The translations under genes were made by a program, and so were the position numbers. A stretch of DNA of 64,000 nt, from the NCBI RefSeq assembly GCF_004010195.1, contig NC_057760.1, positions 1,369,606 to 1,433,605 on the forward strand, given 5' to 3'. Positions 23,522-36,985 of the stretch are shown here, one piece after another (within the stretch, counting starts at the first letter, position 1; every line of letters begins with the position of its first letter). This DNA comes from Chiloscyllium plagiosum. Taxonomy: Eukaryota. Below the pieces are notes generated by a model, which saw only the letters and a list, made by a program, of their open reading frames with translations, was not told where the DNA came from and searched no databases.

Positions 23522-24865
23522 GTGAGGGGGCTTGGGGGCTGACAAAACGTAACGTTGTTGTTGTTGTTGCAATGATTTACGTGAAACTGGCGATGTGTGT
23601 GAAGGTGTTTGAGCATAATCGATAGCAGGGTCTTGGGGTTTTTGGATGAGAGCTGAGAGACCGAGCAACTCCATAAACTCGCCGCATCAATCAGCTGGCT
23701 TGGAATTTGACACTGGGTTCATGTGGAGTATTAGCTTCGGTCGAACAGAAGGCTGCGATGCAATCTTTCTTGGGGTGGCATGGTGGCTCAGTCGTGCCTC
23801 TCAGTGCCAGGGGCCTGGGTTCAGTTTCACCCACGGGCCATTTTCTGTGTGGAGCTTGCAAACACTCTCGCCCGTGCCTGTGCGGGTTTCCACCCGCTGT
23901 CCACAGATGTGCAGTTCAGAGTGGATTGGCCGTCCTAAATTGCCCATTAGTATCCAGGGATGTGCAGGCGAGGTGGGTTAGCCATAGAAAATTTGGGTTT
24001 AACCAGGATAGGATAGAGAGCTGTTTGGATGAGATGCTGTTCGGAGGGTCATAGAGTCTTCAGCCCAACTCGTCCATGCTGATCAGATACCTGAACCTAA
24101 TCTAGTCCTATTTTCCAGCACTTGGCCGGTGTGGACTCGATGGGTTGAATGGACTGCTTACACACTGCAGGTATTCTATGCAAGGCGAGCCTTGCTGACT
24201 AGGATGGGTGATCCAGTGACACTGAAGGGACGGCCAAATATATTTCCAAGTCAGGTTGGTGTGGCTCGGAGGGGACTTGATATTCCCACATGTTTGTTCC
24301 ACTCATCCTTTTAGCTGGTAGATATTACAGCTTTAGAAGGTGGTTTCGATGGTCTCTTTTATCGTGGAAATGGTACACGCTAGCTGCAAGTGTGAGTAGA
24401 TGTGACGCCCTTCAGACAGGTTGTGTTGTTTTGGATGGTCTGGAATGTTGGAGCCGGACTCGTCCAGGCGAGTCCAGAGCGCTCTATTACACTCCTGACT
24501 TGTGCCTTGTTGACGATGGACAGGCTTTGGGGTGGGGGTGGTCAGGCGATGAGTTACTCGCTCCAGCCTTCAAACTGCTCTCTCGGACACCAGTGTTTCA
24601 ACGGCTTTGCTCCCTCTGTGCTAACGTTCCAGGCGCTGACCCTGCGAGTTGTCTGCTTTGATATTGTTTTCTGGGCTAGGTGTTGACTGAGAGGTGAGCG
24701 CGCCACCCAGAGCCCTGGCTGACACCAGGCCAGGTAAGCTTACAAACAGCAGCAGTGCTGCTCTCGTCCGTATCGCCTGGAGTGGGAGTTGAATCCACGA
24801 GGTAGTGGGGAGGGATGTTGTGGAGGCCAGTGAAGTTGATGGTATTTTGTTTCTCGTGACCCAAG

Positions 24866-25079
24866 GAGCTGAAGCACTTGATCCTGGAAGCAGCGGACGG
24901 CTTCCTCTTTGTGGTGGCCTGCGAGACGGGCAAAATAATCTACGTGTCTGACTCTGTCACTCCAGTCCTCAACCAGCCGCAGTCCGAGTGGTTCGGCAGC
25001 ACCCTGTATGACCAGGTCCATCCGGATGACGTGGACAAGCTGCGGGAGCAGCTCTCCACCTCTGAGAACGCCATGACAG
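24866..25079 (+). CDS. ARNT: ARNT exon 6, PAS-A ([17 protein letters not shown]...SENAMT)
   Basis: PAS-A signature; aag|...G|gtaaag. Confidence 0.97.
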
Positions 25080-25907
25080 GTAAAGGAGGCTGCTTGGGTT
25101 TGAATTTGGGTGGGGTTTGTCAGCATCGACAGCAGTGGTTAGCACTGTTGTCTCTCAGCGCCACGGACATTGGTACGGTTGACTATCTGTTTGGAGTTTG
25201 CCCATTAACCCCCGTGTCTGCGTGGGTTTCCTCCGGGTGCTCCGGTTTCCTTCCACAGTCCAAAGGTGTGCGGGTCAGGATTGGCCATGGTAAATTGTCC
25301 TGTAGTGCCCAGGGATGTGCAGGTCAGGTGGATTGGCCATGCTAAATTGTCCCGTAGTGCCCAGGGATGTGTAGGTTAAGGTGGATTGGCCATGCTAAAT
25401 TGTCCCGTAGTGCCCAGGGATGTGCAGGTCAGGGTGGATTGGCTATGGGAAAAGCAGGATTACAGGGATAAGGGTGGGGGGAGGGGGTCTGGCTCTTTGG
25501 AGGGTTCATGTGGACTTGATGGGCTGAATGGCCTGCTTTCCAAACTGTAGAGAGTCTGCGATTTATACGGAGTGGTCAGTTACCATGACCAAATGTTGGT
25601 CCAGCATTGACCCCCCACCCCTCTCCGTGGGTTGAACTGTGATTGGAGGAGATGGCGGTGAGGACTGCAGGACATAATGGGGTGATGGTACCGAGGGGGA
25701 TTTGGAGGGGGGTGAATGGAGGGATTTGAAAATGAGGATTAGAATTGTGGAATGGGGGACAGCCAACTCAAAGGTTGAATGGGATTGATTGGAATTTGGA
25801 TACTGGTTGGTGGTGGGGGGGTAGCAGAGATTTAGATAAGCTGTGTCCTGAGGGGAGAGTGAGGTTCAAATCACGTTAAGTTCCATTCCTTTTCCTATTT
25901 GGACTAG

Positions 25908-26010
25908 GTCGGATCTTGGACCTGAAGACCGGCACTGTGAAGAAAGAAGGACAGCAGTCCTCGATGAGAATGTGCATGGGTTCGCGGAGGTCTTTCATCT
26001 GCAGAGTGAG
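25908..26010 (+). CDS. ARNT: ARNT exon 7 ([35 protein letters not shown])
   Basis: tag|...AG|gtgatt; highly conserved peptide. Confidence 0.96.
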
Positions 26011-26089
26011 GTGATTTAAATCGATGTGTTTGACCCCTAAGTGCCCCTTCTAAATGTATAACGTGGTTTCACTGCCTTGCCGTTGCAAG

Positions 26090-26895
26090 TGATGTTGTGA
26101 ATCTTGAAAGGGTTCAGAAAAGATTTACAAGGATGTTGCCAGGGTTGGAGGGTTTGAGGTATAAGAAGAGGCTGAACAAACTGAGGCTGTTTTCCCTGGA
26201 GCGTCGGAGGCTGAGGGGTGACCTTACACAGGTTTACACAATTGAGGGGCATGGAGGGGGTAAATGGGCAAAGTCTTTCCCCTGGGGTTGGGGAGTCCAG
26301 AACTAGAGGGCATAGGTTTAGGGTGAGAAGGGAAAGATATAAAAGAGACCTAAGGGGCAACTTTTTCCCCCAGAGGGTGGTATGTGTATGGAATGAGCTG
26401 CCAGAGGAAGTGGTGGAGCTGGTACAATTGCAACATTGAAGAGGCATTTGGATGGGTATATGAATAGGAAGGGTTTGGAGGGATTAGATTAGATTAGATT
26501 ACTTACAGTGTGGAAACAGGCCCTTCGGCCCAACAAGTCCACACCGACCCGCCGAAGCACAACCCACCCATTCCCCTACATTTACCCCTTTACCTAACAC
26601 TACGGGGCAATTTAGCATGGCCAATGCACATCCTTGGACTGTGGGAGGAAACCGGAGCCCCCAGAGGAAACCCACGCAGACTCGGGGAGAATGTGCAAAC
26701 TCCACACAGTCAGTCGCCTGAGTCAGGAATTGAACCCAGGTCTCTGGCGCTGTGAGGCAGCAGTGCTAACCACCGTGCCGCCCCATGGGCCGGGTGCTGG
26801 CAGGTGGGACTCGATTGGGTTGGGATATCTGGTCATCATGGATGGGTTGGACCGAAGGATCTGTTTCCATGCTGTACATCTCTATGACTCTATGT
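26090..26895 (+). mobile_element. CR1 3' fragment with HE1 SINE (26484-26783, minus) inserted in its tail
   Basis: [15 protein letters not shown]...; the tail ggagggat|atgggccgg is split by the SINE. Confidence 0.8.
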
Positions 26896-26986
26896 AGTCT
26901 TCCAGTCACTCCTTATTTCTTGATCTGTGTGAATGCTTTGGGAACGGCTGGATGTGACTAGGCTGACAAGAAATGCAGGTGCTGTA

Positions 26987-27592
26987 TGTGATGATGCTGT
27001 GGCTTTAAGAGGTTACTTTGTTCATTTTTTTTATTGGGGAGGTTGTAGGTCGAGCCGTCTACCAAGACCGCGAGAGTAAACAGCTTGTGAGGCCTTGGGG
27101 TTTTTTCCTTTAAGTTGGAACAATAGAAGCAGCCTGGCTGGGTGCCAGGATCTCGAGATTATTTTTAAAATTTTAGATTCCGCTTTAAGCCGTTGCTGTT
27201 GTGAGCTGGAGGTCGCAGCTATCACTGCTCCTCCCAGTTACAGATGGGGATTCTGTCTACTGCTGGCACAAAGTCAAACTGAGAAGAATAGATTTGTCTA
27301 TGGGCTGTGTTGATGGAATGTTACTGTATTGGAACAGTTAATTCCTAATAGGTACTGTATCTATTATTCAGTTGTTTTCCAATAATTAAGTTATTCTAAG
27401 TTCCTCTTTCTTTGGTTGTATTTTAAATATGGTGCTGAAATAAATTGCGTTTTGCTTAACTTCTGAGCAATTTGACCAGTCACATCACTTCGGGAACAGG
27501 CACTTCACATTTCCCTTTTAAAAGAAGAAAATATCAAGGTCTGGGCTATCTTTGTGAGAATATTTTGAGGGGGTCTGGTCTGGTCAATAACA
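26987..27592 (+). mobile_element. Solo LTR-like element
   Basis: TG...CA termini, AATAAA 27439, diverged inverted copy at 28456-29085. Confidence 0.5.
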
Positions 27593-28455
27593 AATGTTAT
27601 GTCTGAGTTACGAGGGGTTTGCATATTCCCTTATATATTCCACTCCTCCACTGACCGTCATAAGGGTTGCATTTGAGAAGGGAGGTACGACTCCGTGCCA
27701 GAGACAAATCAGTTAGTTTTTTTTAAATTTGCAAATAAAGAACCAGTTCATTACAATGGCATCTTACTGAAGTAAACATGCAAAGGGTATAAACTGTATG
27801 AATATATGAAACTCTTCTCTTGAAAAAACTGACTGACATCCGTGTCTAGGGGTGAGAAAATACAAAACTAAATATCGTCTTAAAAGTACGGTGACCAGGT
27901 AGCAGTTAACTTTAGGAGAAAAGTTATTCTTTGATTGTTCAAATGTTTGTCCATAGCCAAAGTCTCTTTACGCACGGGCTGTTGGCTATAGGGTGGCCTT
28001 CTGGATCAGTTATAGCAAGCTGAATTCCCTTCTGTGGAGTGACTTTATGGATCAGTTATGGTTAGCTGATTTCCCTTCTCTGGAGATATATGTAGAACCT
28101 TTTTTCAAGACTACTGAGTTTTGATAACATTTTCTAGTGGGCTTATGACATGCAAACTTTGAACAATTTTGGATTTTTTTTCCATGTAAGTCAAAGGTAT
28201 GGATATATGTCCACTAAATGATATTCTGAAGTAATATTTATCTTTCTGAATGTAATGTATCTTCACAAGTAAATTGGCATTTTTGACCCTGACTTTCTTG
28301 GGCTTGACTTGTACGCTGGTAATGCTGTTGATGGGTTGTTTGATTTTGACCCCAAGTGGCTGTTAGTGGGAGCTTGCTGTGCGTAATTTGGCTGGCTACC
28401 ATGTTTCTGCCATTACAGCAGTGGCCATCTTTTTTCACCAAGCGTTTATATGGTG

Positions 28456-29085
28456 TGTTATGGACCAGTCCAAACCACTTCCAAAATATATTCAGAAGAT
28501 GTGCTTACCTTGAAAATAAGTTGCATTCTGAATGCAATTCGATTGGTCAAACTACAATACTTGAAGTAAACACACACTTGATTCATACACCATAGTTAAA
28601 ATACAACAAAAGAGAGAAATTAGAATAACAACTCTCTTGGAAAGCTTAACCAAATAATAGGTTATTTAACTACTAAACAGTAGCCACTATTAATTAACTG
28701 TTCCAACGTAGTAACATTCTCACAAATAAACACTTGGCAAGTGGCAAATTAAAGTCAAAAAGATTGTCTCGCATGCAATCCTAGCAGCAGTAGGAAAAAC
28801 ATCAAGCGAAAATTGAGTAATGGAGAGATGTACTGTAGCTTCCGCCCAGTTTCGAGACCCAGTAATATCTACGGCTGAAAAACTAAAAACTCTGGTTCTG
28901 TGGGAGCTTGTCCCACCCATTCAGGCTGCTTCTATTGTTCCAGCTTCCTAAAAAAAACTCCAAGGCCTTTCAAACTGTTTACTCTACTGGCTCTGAGTAG
29001 ACAGCTCAGCATCTCTGCCTTAAAACCTCTCTTCAAAACACAACCCAGAACAAAATACACCCCTTAAAGCCATCGTTCCGCCACA
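28456..29085 (-). mobile_element. Solo LTR-like element, same family, inverted
   Basis: Reverse complement shares ggctttaag, gagtaaacag, ggaacaatagaagcagcctg, ggaacagttaat and the terminal ataaca. Confidence 0.5.
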
Positions 29086-29258
29086 GGCCCTTAAAGTGAT
29101 TTGAGGAGTCTTGAGGTTGTGGAAGGCAATATATTGCGATTCTACAGTTCTGGTTGGGGAAAGATTGAGAGAGCTGATGAGCAAGTAGAATTGAGCTTTT
29201 CTGGCAACTTTTCCAGGTGCCTCCCGAGTTTGAATTCTAACAATTTGCTGTTTCCAAG

Positions 29259-29324
29259 GTGTGGGAATGCGACAGAGGATCCGGCATCCATGAGCAGACT
29301 CAGCTTCCTGAGGAACAGATACAG
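29259..29324 (+). CDS. ARNT: ARNT exon 8 (CGNATEDPASMSRLSFLRNRYR)
   Basis: aag|...AG|gtgatc; human [22 protein letters not shown]. Confidence 0.92.
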
Positions 29325-30009
29325 GTGATCCGGCAGATTTGGCCCCCTGTGCTCCGTGCCCGTGCTTCTACGCCGTGCAATCCTCCTGCCCCTTTTACCC
29401 CCCACTTCATCTCACCCCATCACCATATCCTTCTGTTCCTTTCTCCCTCGTGTTTATCCAGCTCCCCGCTTTTCAATGCCTCACCTCCCATGGGTGGGAG
29501 GGAGTTCCCCATCCTCCTCGCGCTTTCCAGATTGCTTCCCAATTCCTGATTGGAATGATTTAATTAGTCTTGTGCAGAATTGTTCAGTTCCCCAAAGTCT
29601 GGCCAAACTCAGAGTAAAGATGCGTTGAGCAGAACCTCTGAGAATCAAGAAGCACAGGAGACGGAGGAGGCCTCTTGACCCATCATACCTGTTCTGCTGT
29701 TGAGCTAGATTATGTCTGATGTGATTATGGGCATGATTACAAGGCCTAAATTGCTACGAGTCCCAGCACTCGATCCTGTGGCATTCCTACCAGCTAGGCT
29801 TACAATCGTGGAAACGGCCCACTTGTATCCACCTTTGTTAGCCAGTCCTCTGTCTGCTGTAGTACATCAGGCCCAGCACCACAAAGTCTCGGCTTGAGCA
29901 GTAATCTTTTTACATGGTGCCTCATTAAATACCTTTTGTGAACCCTAATATACGCCATCTACTGATTGCCCCTTTATCTACTCAGCTAGTTCAATGTTCA
30001 AAAGTAGCA

Positions 30010-30230
30010 AGAGTGTGGGACGCTGGAAAAGCACAGCAGGCCAGGCAGCATCCGAGGAGCAGAAGAATCGACGTTTCGGGCAGAAGCCCTTCATCATCCG
30101 ATCCTGACTAAGTGTTCTGGCCCAAAACGTCGATTCTCCTGCTCCTCAGTTGCTGCCTGGCCTGCTATGCTTTTCTAGCATCCCACACTCGACTCTGATT
30201 TCCAGCATCTGCAGTTCTCACTTTCTCCCA
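30010..30230. mobile_element. Palindromic family A element, degenerate hammerhead cores
   Basis: Inverted arms ctggaaaagcacagcagg.../...ctgctatgcttttctagc around gggcagaagcccttcatca. Confidence 0.7.
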
Positions 30231-31244
30231 ATCTTCAAAAGAACCCTGATTGATCAAACAATATATTTTCCTTTTCACTAAACCACGTTGGAGTCTGCCT
30301 GGATATCTTGTGACCATCTAAGTATCCTAGCTAGTGTTTCCTTAAAAATGGATTCCAGCAACTTTCCACACTTTAAACCAACTGACCTAGAATTTCCTGC
30401 TTGCTGTCTCCCTCCTTTCTTTAGCCAAGTTGCCTTATTTGTAGTTTTGTAATTCACAGGAACCTATAGAATTTGTGATTCTAATAAACATTTCCAGCCC
30501 CATCTTTTAAGGGTAGGCACTGTCAGGTTTGGGGGTTTTGCTAGCCAGTTTTCCACGTTTTATTGTTAGTACTTCCACTCGACATAAACCTTGGTGCTTT
30601 GCGTCTTTTATCCCCTTGTTAAAAGTGACTTGAGTTCGTAAGAAAGACAACCCACTTGAACAACATCCCATCTGCCACCTTTTAACATCTGCTCCTGCCA
30701 TCACCGGTGCTCAATCAGCAGCAGTGTGTACCATCCACAAGACGCACTGTGGCAACTCGCAAGGGGTCCTTTCAGACATCCCAAACCCATGACTTCCAAT
30801 GCCGTAAAAGGGCAAGGGTGTAGATACCAGGGCATGCCGTTCCACTGTGATCTCCCCTCTGAGCCCCTCCGCCATCCTGACTTAGAAGTGTACGGAGAAG
30901 TTCCTTCAGTGTCACTGGGGCCAAAATTCTGGAGCACTCTCCCTAAACTTATTCTAGATGTCCCTACAGCAGGTGGCTTGCTGGTACCACCTGGAGGGGC
31001 GATTACGGGAATGGCAGCAAAAACTGGCCCAGCCAGTGATGCTCGCCTCCTGTAAGGACGTTTTGATCATCTCCCCCGTCACCCTAAAGGATTTGAGAGG
31101 CTTGAGCCCTTCTGTGGAAGGGAAATCGCCAGATATATCCTTGGCATAGAGGTGTTGACGTTCCGGCCCGAAGCAGTTTTTTTTTGTGGGATATTTCCTA
31201 CCATCCTCATTTCCTCACACTCCTGTCTTTCATCCTGTTCCCAG

Positions 31245-31330
31245 AAACGGACTAGGTCCAGTCAAAGAAGGAGAGACTCAGTATGTGGTCGTGCACTGCA
31301 CAGGTTACATAAAAGCCTGGCCTCCCGCAG
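31245..31330 (+). CDS. ARNT: ARNT exon 9 ([28 protein letters not shown])
   Basis: cag|...G|gtgagt; [11 protein letters not shown] motif. Confidence 0.96.
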
Positions 31331-31491
31331 GTGAGTTTGCGCCCGGTTTGTGTGGATGTTCGATTTGGCGCCGAGGCTGCAGGTTACGGGAGAGTGAGGT
31401 GGGGGCTGCCGGTGGTTTGTGGGGAGCAGGTCGCAGGGGAATGGGTAGAGAAAGCGGATCTTGAACCGTGGCTGTTGTCGTTGTTTCTCAG

Positions 31492-31565
31492 GTGTGACGC
31501 TCCCTGACGATGAACCAGACGGTCAAGGGAACAAGTTTTGCCTGGTGGCTATCGGACGTCTGCAG
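31492..31565 (+). CDS. ARNT: ARNT exon 10 ([25 protein letters not shown])
   Basis: cag|...CAG|gtaag; CLVAIGRLQ motif. Confidence 0.96.
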
Positions 31566-32960
31566 GTAAGACCAGAGCCTGCCTTGGACTCGTGTTGAAA
31601 GTGGCTGAGGGCAATGCCTGCCAACGCTACAGTCTTCGACAAAAAGTGCGGTGCTGGAAAAGCATGGCCAGTCAGGCAGCATCTGAGGAGCAGGAGAGTC
31701 GACGTTTCAAGCGTAGGCTCTTCATCATGAATGTGGGGGTGTGCTTGCCTGACAGGCTGTGCGTTTCCAGCACCACACCTTTTTGACTCTAGTCTCCAGT
31801 CCTCACTTTCTCAGAGTTGTTCTAGAGCATGGTCATAGACCCTTTGGTCCAACTCGTCCATGCTGAACTGATGTCCTAAATTAATCTAATCCCATTTGCG
31901 GGAGTGGTGGTGGTGTTTGAATGATCAGTGCTACGCGTTGAAGTGGATGTGGCATTGTTAAGGGGAGGGAGGGTGACCTTGTCAGAGCTTAGATTATCTG
32001 CTGTGAAATTACTCTGGGAGAATTTCAATGGGCCCAGCCCTGTGACTGGATGATTGGCCTCTGTGATGAGGATTGGGATCCAACGTCATGGATGTTTCAT
32101 GGCAAAGTAACGTTCACACTCAATTCAGTAGCATCTCCTGTTCCCATCGGGTGCTCCAACTGCCACGGAGCGCAGAGGAGACCGGCACATTAAATGTCTT
32201 CAAGGCTGAGATTGATAAATTCTTAATCTTGCAAGGAATGAAGGGATGAGGGGAGAGTGTGGGGAAGTGCTTTTGAAATGCCCATCAGCCATTTGACGTG
32301 CAGCAAGATCCCAGGAACTTGGTGGGGGGGGTGGGTACTGTGTGGGTGAAGGTGATGGCCTAGTGGGATTATCACTGGACTGTTAATCTGGAAACCCAGG
32401 GAATGTTCTGGGGACCTGGGTTGGTTTCCCGCCACGGAAAAATGGTGGAATTTTGAATTCATTAAAAATCTGGAGTGAAGAGTCTAATGACCATTAATTC
32501 ATTGTTGGAACATCCCATCTGGTTCACTAATGTCCTTTTCAAGGAAGGAAACTGCCATCCTTACCTGGTCTGGCCTACACGTGACTCCAGACCCCCAGTA
32601 ACGTGGTTGACTCTTGACTGACCTCTGGTCAATTAGGGATGGGGCAATAAATGCTGGCTTAGCCAGCCGCACCCTCACCATGTAAATGAATTTGTAATAA
32701 AAACTGCACTGTACTTGGAGATGTAGGTTTGGGGATCAATATTGGATCCCGGGATATGGCGAGAGCTCAGTGCAAGCTGTCCCTCAGTACCGCATCACTG
32801 ATGTGGGGAGGCAGGGGGGGCGAAGGGAATGTGTGCATGTTGGATTCCATGTTTGTTGACCTTCTGACACTCGTTCATGAAGTGATGGGCAGTGCGCATC
32901 CCGAGCACGTCTAATCATTGTTTTTTTTTGGAAACCTCTACCTCCTGTCGTTTCGGTAAG

Positions 32961-33095
32961 GTCACAAGTTCTCCCAGCTGTCTGGACATGAAGGGTAACA
33001 CCGTGCCTGTTGAGTTCCTCTCCAGGCACAACCCCAACGGCGTCTTCACCTTCGTCGATCACCGGTGCCTGGGCACGGTCGGCTACCAGCCTCAG
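32961..33095 (+). CDS. ARNT: ARNT exon 11, start of PAS-B (VTSSPSC...[28 protein letters not shown])
   Basis: aag|...CAG|gtagg; PAS-B signature. Confidence 0.95.
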
Positions 33096-33663
33096 GTAGG
33101 TCCTTGCGCCCGTCCCCGCTGACCTGCTGTTGAGCTGGTTGGTGTCGGGTGGTCTCTTGCCCCTTGGTTGAGAGGTCAGGCGGGTGGAGGGAGGGGCGTT
33201 CCTGGCAAAGATGGTTAACCTGCCTGCAGTGGCTCTGATGCCAGTTACGCACCCCACCCTACCAAAAAAAAAAGACCCCAGCGGCTGCATTTGAAAGGCA
33301 GCAAGGAATGAGGAATGTGTATTCCTCCAGCGACTTGTGGGCACTTCGAATTCAGTAAAGTGTAGTCATTGTCCGTCCATGAAGATGCTTCCCATTTTCT
33401 CGCTCTTGGTATGGCAGCTGCCCAGTCCATCACGCACGCAAGCCAACCTTCCATCCACTGACTCCGTCTCCACTTCTCAGTGCCTCGGGAAGGCAGCCAG
33501 CATCATCGAAGACCCCTCCCACCCTGGTTACAATCTCTTCCAAGCTCCTTCTGTTGAGCAGAAAATAGAAAAACATACGTGCCAGCAGATTCAAGAGCAG
33601 CTTTTTCTCCGCTGTTGTTTTTTCTTCTCCCCACACTGCCGCCTGACTGCAATAGTGCTTATT

Positions 33664-33744
33664 NNNNNNNNNNNNNNNNNNNNNNNNNNNNNNNNNNNNN
33701 NNNNNNNNNNNNNNNNNNNNNNNNNNNNNNNNNNNNNNNNNNNN
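33664..33744. other. Assembly gap (81 N)
   Basis: Run of N. Confidence 1.
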
Positions 33745-34556
33745 CCCCGCATCCATGTTGTATGTGTGCAGGCGTGTATTTCACTGTGTCTCACAAGGAG
33801 CACGAACCTTTATTCAATTTCCACCACCAGGTAGAAAAGAAACAACCAAGTGGGCAGTGCCCTTCGCATCAAAGGGCAATGCTGTGTGATCAAACAGTGA
33901 AGGGGAGGGCAGGGATTAAATCAAAATAGAGTTGGAGGGGGAAATAATGCACTCCACTCCCTGCGGCGCCCACCTCTCCCTGAACAACTCCAGGGTGTTG
34001 GTGGACACCACGTGCTCTCCCCGCTGTCGTTAGACTTAAGGATGGACCTCTCAAACTCTGAATTTACATGTTGATCTCCCTCGCTGTGTACCTTCTCCAC
34101 AGCCAAAACATTGTATTCCTCGCTCTGTCCTGTTCCCCTGAAGCACTCTGTATGGTTCGTACTGCAGGCAAAATAAAACTTCTCCCTGTACCATGTGACA
34201 ATAATGCAGCCAATCAAATGGCAGTCATTTTGGGCATAGGAGGATCCCGCAAGCTGCAATATTGGGATGACCCATGTTGGATTCTCCACCCTCTTTTTCT
34301 TTTGTAATGCTGGCACAAGAATAAGGTTTGTCCCAAGACTAACGCCTGGCACACTGGGCTTGGTAGTGGGGTAACAGGAGCTGTACTCGTGTGGTACACT
34401 CTGCTCTGCCAATAGCAATGGGAGCCCAACTGTTGCTCCCATTCCTGTTTTGTGATCGCATGAACGTGTCTCATTCAGCAAAAATACTTATCTACTTATC
34501 TCTCCCACTTCTCCCCCCCCGCTCTCTCTTCCTTTTTCCGTTGTTCTGTTTCAAAG

Positions 34557-34631
34557 GAGTTGTTGGGGAAAGATATTGTGGATTTCGCCCACCCAGAGGA
34601 TAAGGGACTTTTACAAGACAGCTTTCAGCAG
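34557..34631 (+). CDS. ARNT: ARNT exon 12 ([25 protein letters not shown])
   Basis: aag|...CAG|gtaatg. Confidence 0.95.
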
Positions 34632-35763
34632 GTAATGTCTCCCTCTGGTTTTGGAAACCATTCAGGGATATGTCTGTGTGAGCACGAGATTCATTGAGGC
34701 AGAAAGCAGTTGTTTGTCCTGTTGGAGGTCTGTGCTGGCCTGATGTAGAGTGATCAGTCAGCCTCATTCCCACTTGGATAGTGGTCTCCCTCTTATCCCT
34801 GAGAGTTTATTCCTATAAAGTGCCTGTCTGATATCATAAAATCCCTGTAGTGCAGACAGAGGCTGTTCAGCCCATTGAGTCATGTAAATCTGCACATGCC
34901 AAATGCCAATACACCCTAACCTGCACATCCCTGGGCACTACGGGACAATTTAGCATGGCCAATCCACCCTAACCTGCACATCCCTGGGCACTATGGGACA
35001 ATTTAGCATGGCCAACGCACCGTAACTTGCACATCAATGGATTGTGGGAGGAACCTGAAGGAAAACAGCACAGACACCGAGGAGAAAAGTGCAGTGGCTA
35101 GGTGGTTAACACTGCTGCCTTACAGTGCCAGGGACCTGACTGTCTGTCTGTGTGGAGTTTGCACATTCTCCCCCCAGTGTCTGCACTTCCAGAAGAAGAA
35201 GTCCATCGACTCCAGGCCAGTGGGTGCGCGCAAGCCCTCCAAGCGGTTGGGTGTCACCTGCTGGTGCCTTCGGGCCTGATGGCTTTGACAGACTTGGAAT
35301 TGTACAAGTCTGCAGCATGGAAACCGGCCCTTTGACTGACATTGTCCATGCCGCCCACTTTTCACAATTAACTACTACCTGTCTAAATGACCAAATTACA
35401 CCAGCCGCCTCCACTACCTCTGGCAGCCTGTGCCAGACACTCACCACCCTCTGGAACCTTGAGTACCTGTCCCCTTGCACCACAAACCTCTACCATCTAG
35501 TTTTAGACTCCCCAACCCCGGGAGAAAGCCTGTCGGCTGCCCACCTTGTCGATGGCCGTCGCCTAGACCTCTATGAGGTTACCCTTGGGTTACCTGCACT
35601 CCAGGAGAAAGAAGCCCCAGCCTCTCTTTATGACTCAAACTGTCTGGTCTTTCCTGCGTTCTTTCTAGCTTTTCTGATATCCTTCCTGTAGTGGGGTGAC
35701 CCGCTTGCAAAGCGCAGCAGTACCTCTGGCTTACTCGGCTGTCTCCCTCTTTCCTGTTTGCAG

Positions 35764-35915
35764 GTGGTCACGTTGAAAGGCCAGGTACTGTCGGTCATGT
35801 TCCGGTTCCAGACCAAGAGCCGGGAGTGGGTGGTGATCAGGACGAGCAGCTTCACCTTCCAGAACCCATACTCCGATGACATCGAGTACATCGTCTGCAC
35901 CAACACCAATGTCAA
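35764..35915 (+). CDS. ARNT: ARNT exon 13, PAC ([15 protein letters not shown]...[20 protein letters not shown])
   Basis: cag|...AA|gtacgt; PAC motif. Confidence 0.96.
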
Positions 35916-36759
35916 GTACGTCCCACTATCTAACCACCTGAAGGCCAGGGGAATGCTCCACTTGGGGGGCTAAACGTTGTCTGTGAGAGCGTTGGCGCCT
36001 GGTGTTGGTATTTAAGTCTGAACAGCTTCTCCTGGGGTGGCGGGGCGGGGGATCGATCACAAGCCTTGGCTTTTTTTTTTGCCTGTGCCCAATTGCCCCT
36101 TGAACTGAGTGCCTTGTTAGTGCTGTTGAGGAAAAGTTGTGCCCATTGCTGTGGGGTCTGGAGTCACGTGTAGTTCCAGACCAGACAGTGGCACCGTATT
36201 TCGTTTGCCAGGGAGTGGACCAGATGAGGTTTTTTTTAATTTAACCCCGACATTTGGTGGTTCTTACCATCTCGGTGACAAGCTTGCAATTCCAGATTTT
36301 GTTCATGGAATTAACATTCGAGCGTGTGTCCTCTGGGTTACCAGTATGCCACTGGTCAAGTCTTTTCTGATCTGATGTCTGTGCCTGCTGGGAGGTGAGG
36401 TTGGGCCATTATTCAGGTGGAGGGAGTCTGGCTAATCTTATTCTTCAACATACAGAGGAACACTAAGGGGTGGAAGCACGTAGAGGTCAGTGTAGTCCGA
36501 GAGAGGAGCTAATTCAGCGATTGGGATTGAACTACGAGTAGATTAGAATTGGTTCAAACCTTCTGCCTCCTCAGGTGAAGAGAAAACTGGTGGGCATTTC
36601 AGAGTGGAAACGAGTATGCTCTCCCTTGGGTCACTATTTCTCAACCAACGTCGCTTCAAAAAACCGCCTATGCAACATGAACAATAGTAAGCCATTCGGC
36701 CCCTCAAGCCTGCACTACTGTTCAACAGGAGTATGGCTGATCAAATGTTCCTCGTGTCT

Positions 36760-36985
36760 AGACATTGCTGGAAAAGCTCAGCAGGGCTGGCAGACTCTGC
36801 GGAGTGAAATCGGAGTTAACGTTTTGGGTTGAGTGACCCTTGCTCAGAACTGTTCTGAGGAAAGGCCGCTCAACCCGAAACGTTAACTCTGCTTTCTCTC
36901 CACCGGTGCTGCCAGACCTGCTGGACTTTTCCAGCAATTGGTTTTTGTTTCTGATTTACAGTGTCCGCAGTTCTTTCAGTTTCTT
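36760..36985. mobile_element. Palindromic family C hammerhead-bearing element (related copy about 53025-53230)
   Basis: Plus core gtt-CTGAGGA(36855)...GAAA-CGTT-aac; minus core agtt-CTGAGCA-a-gggt..accc-AAAA-CGTT-aact (36814-36851). Confidence 0.65.
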
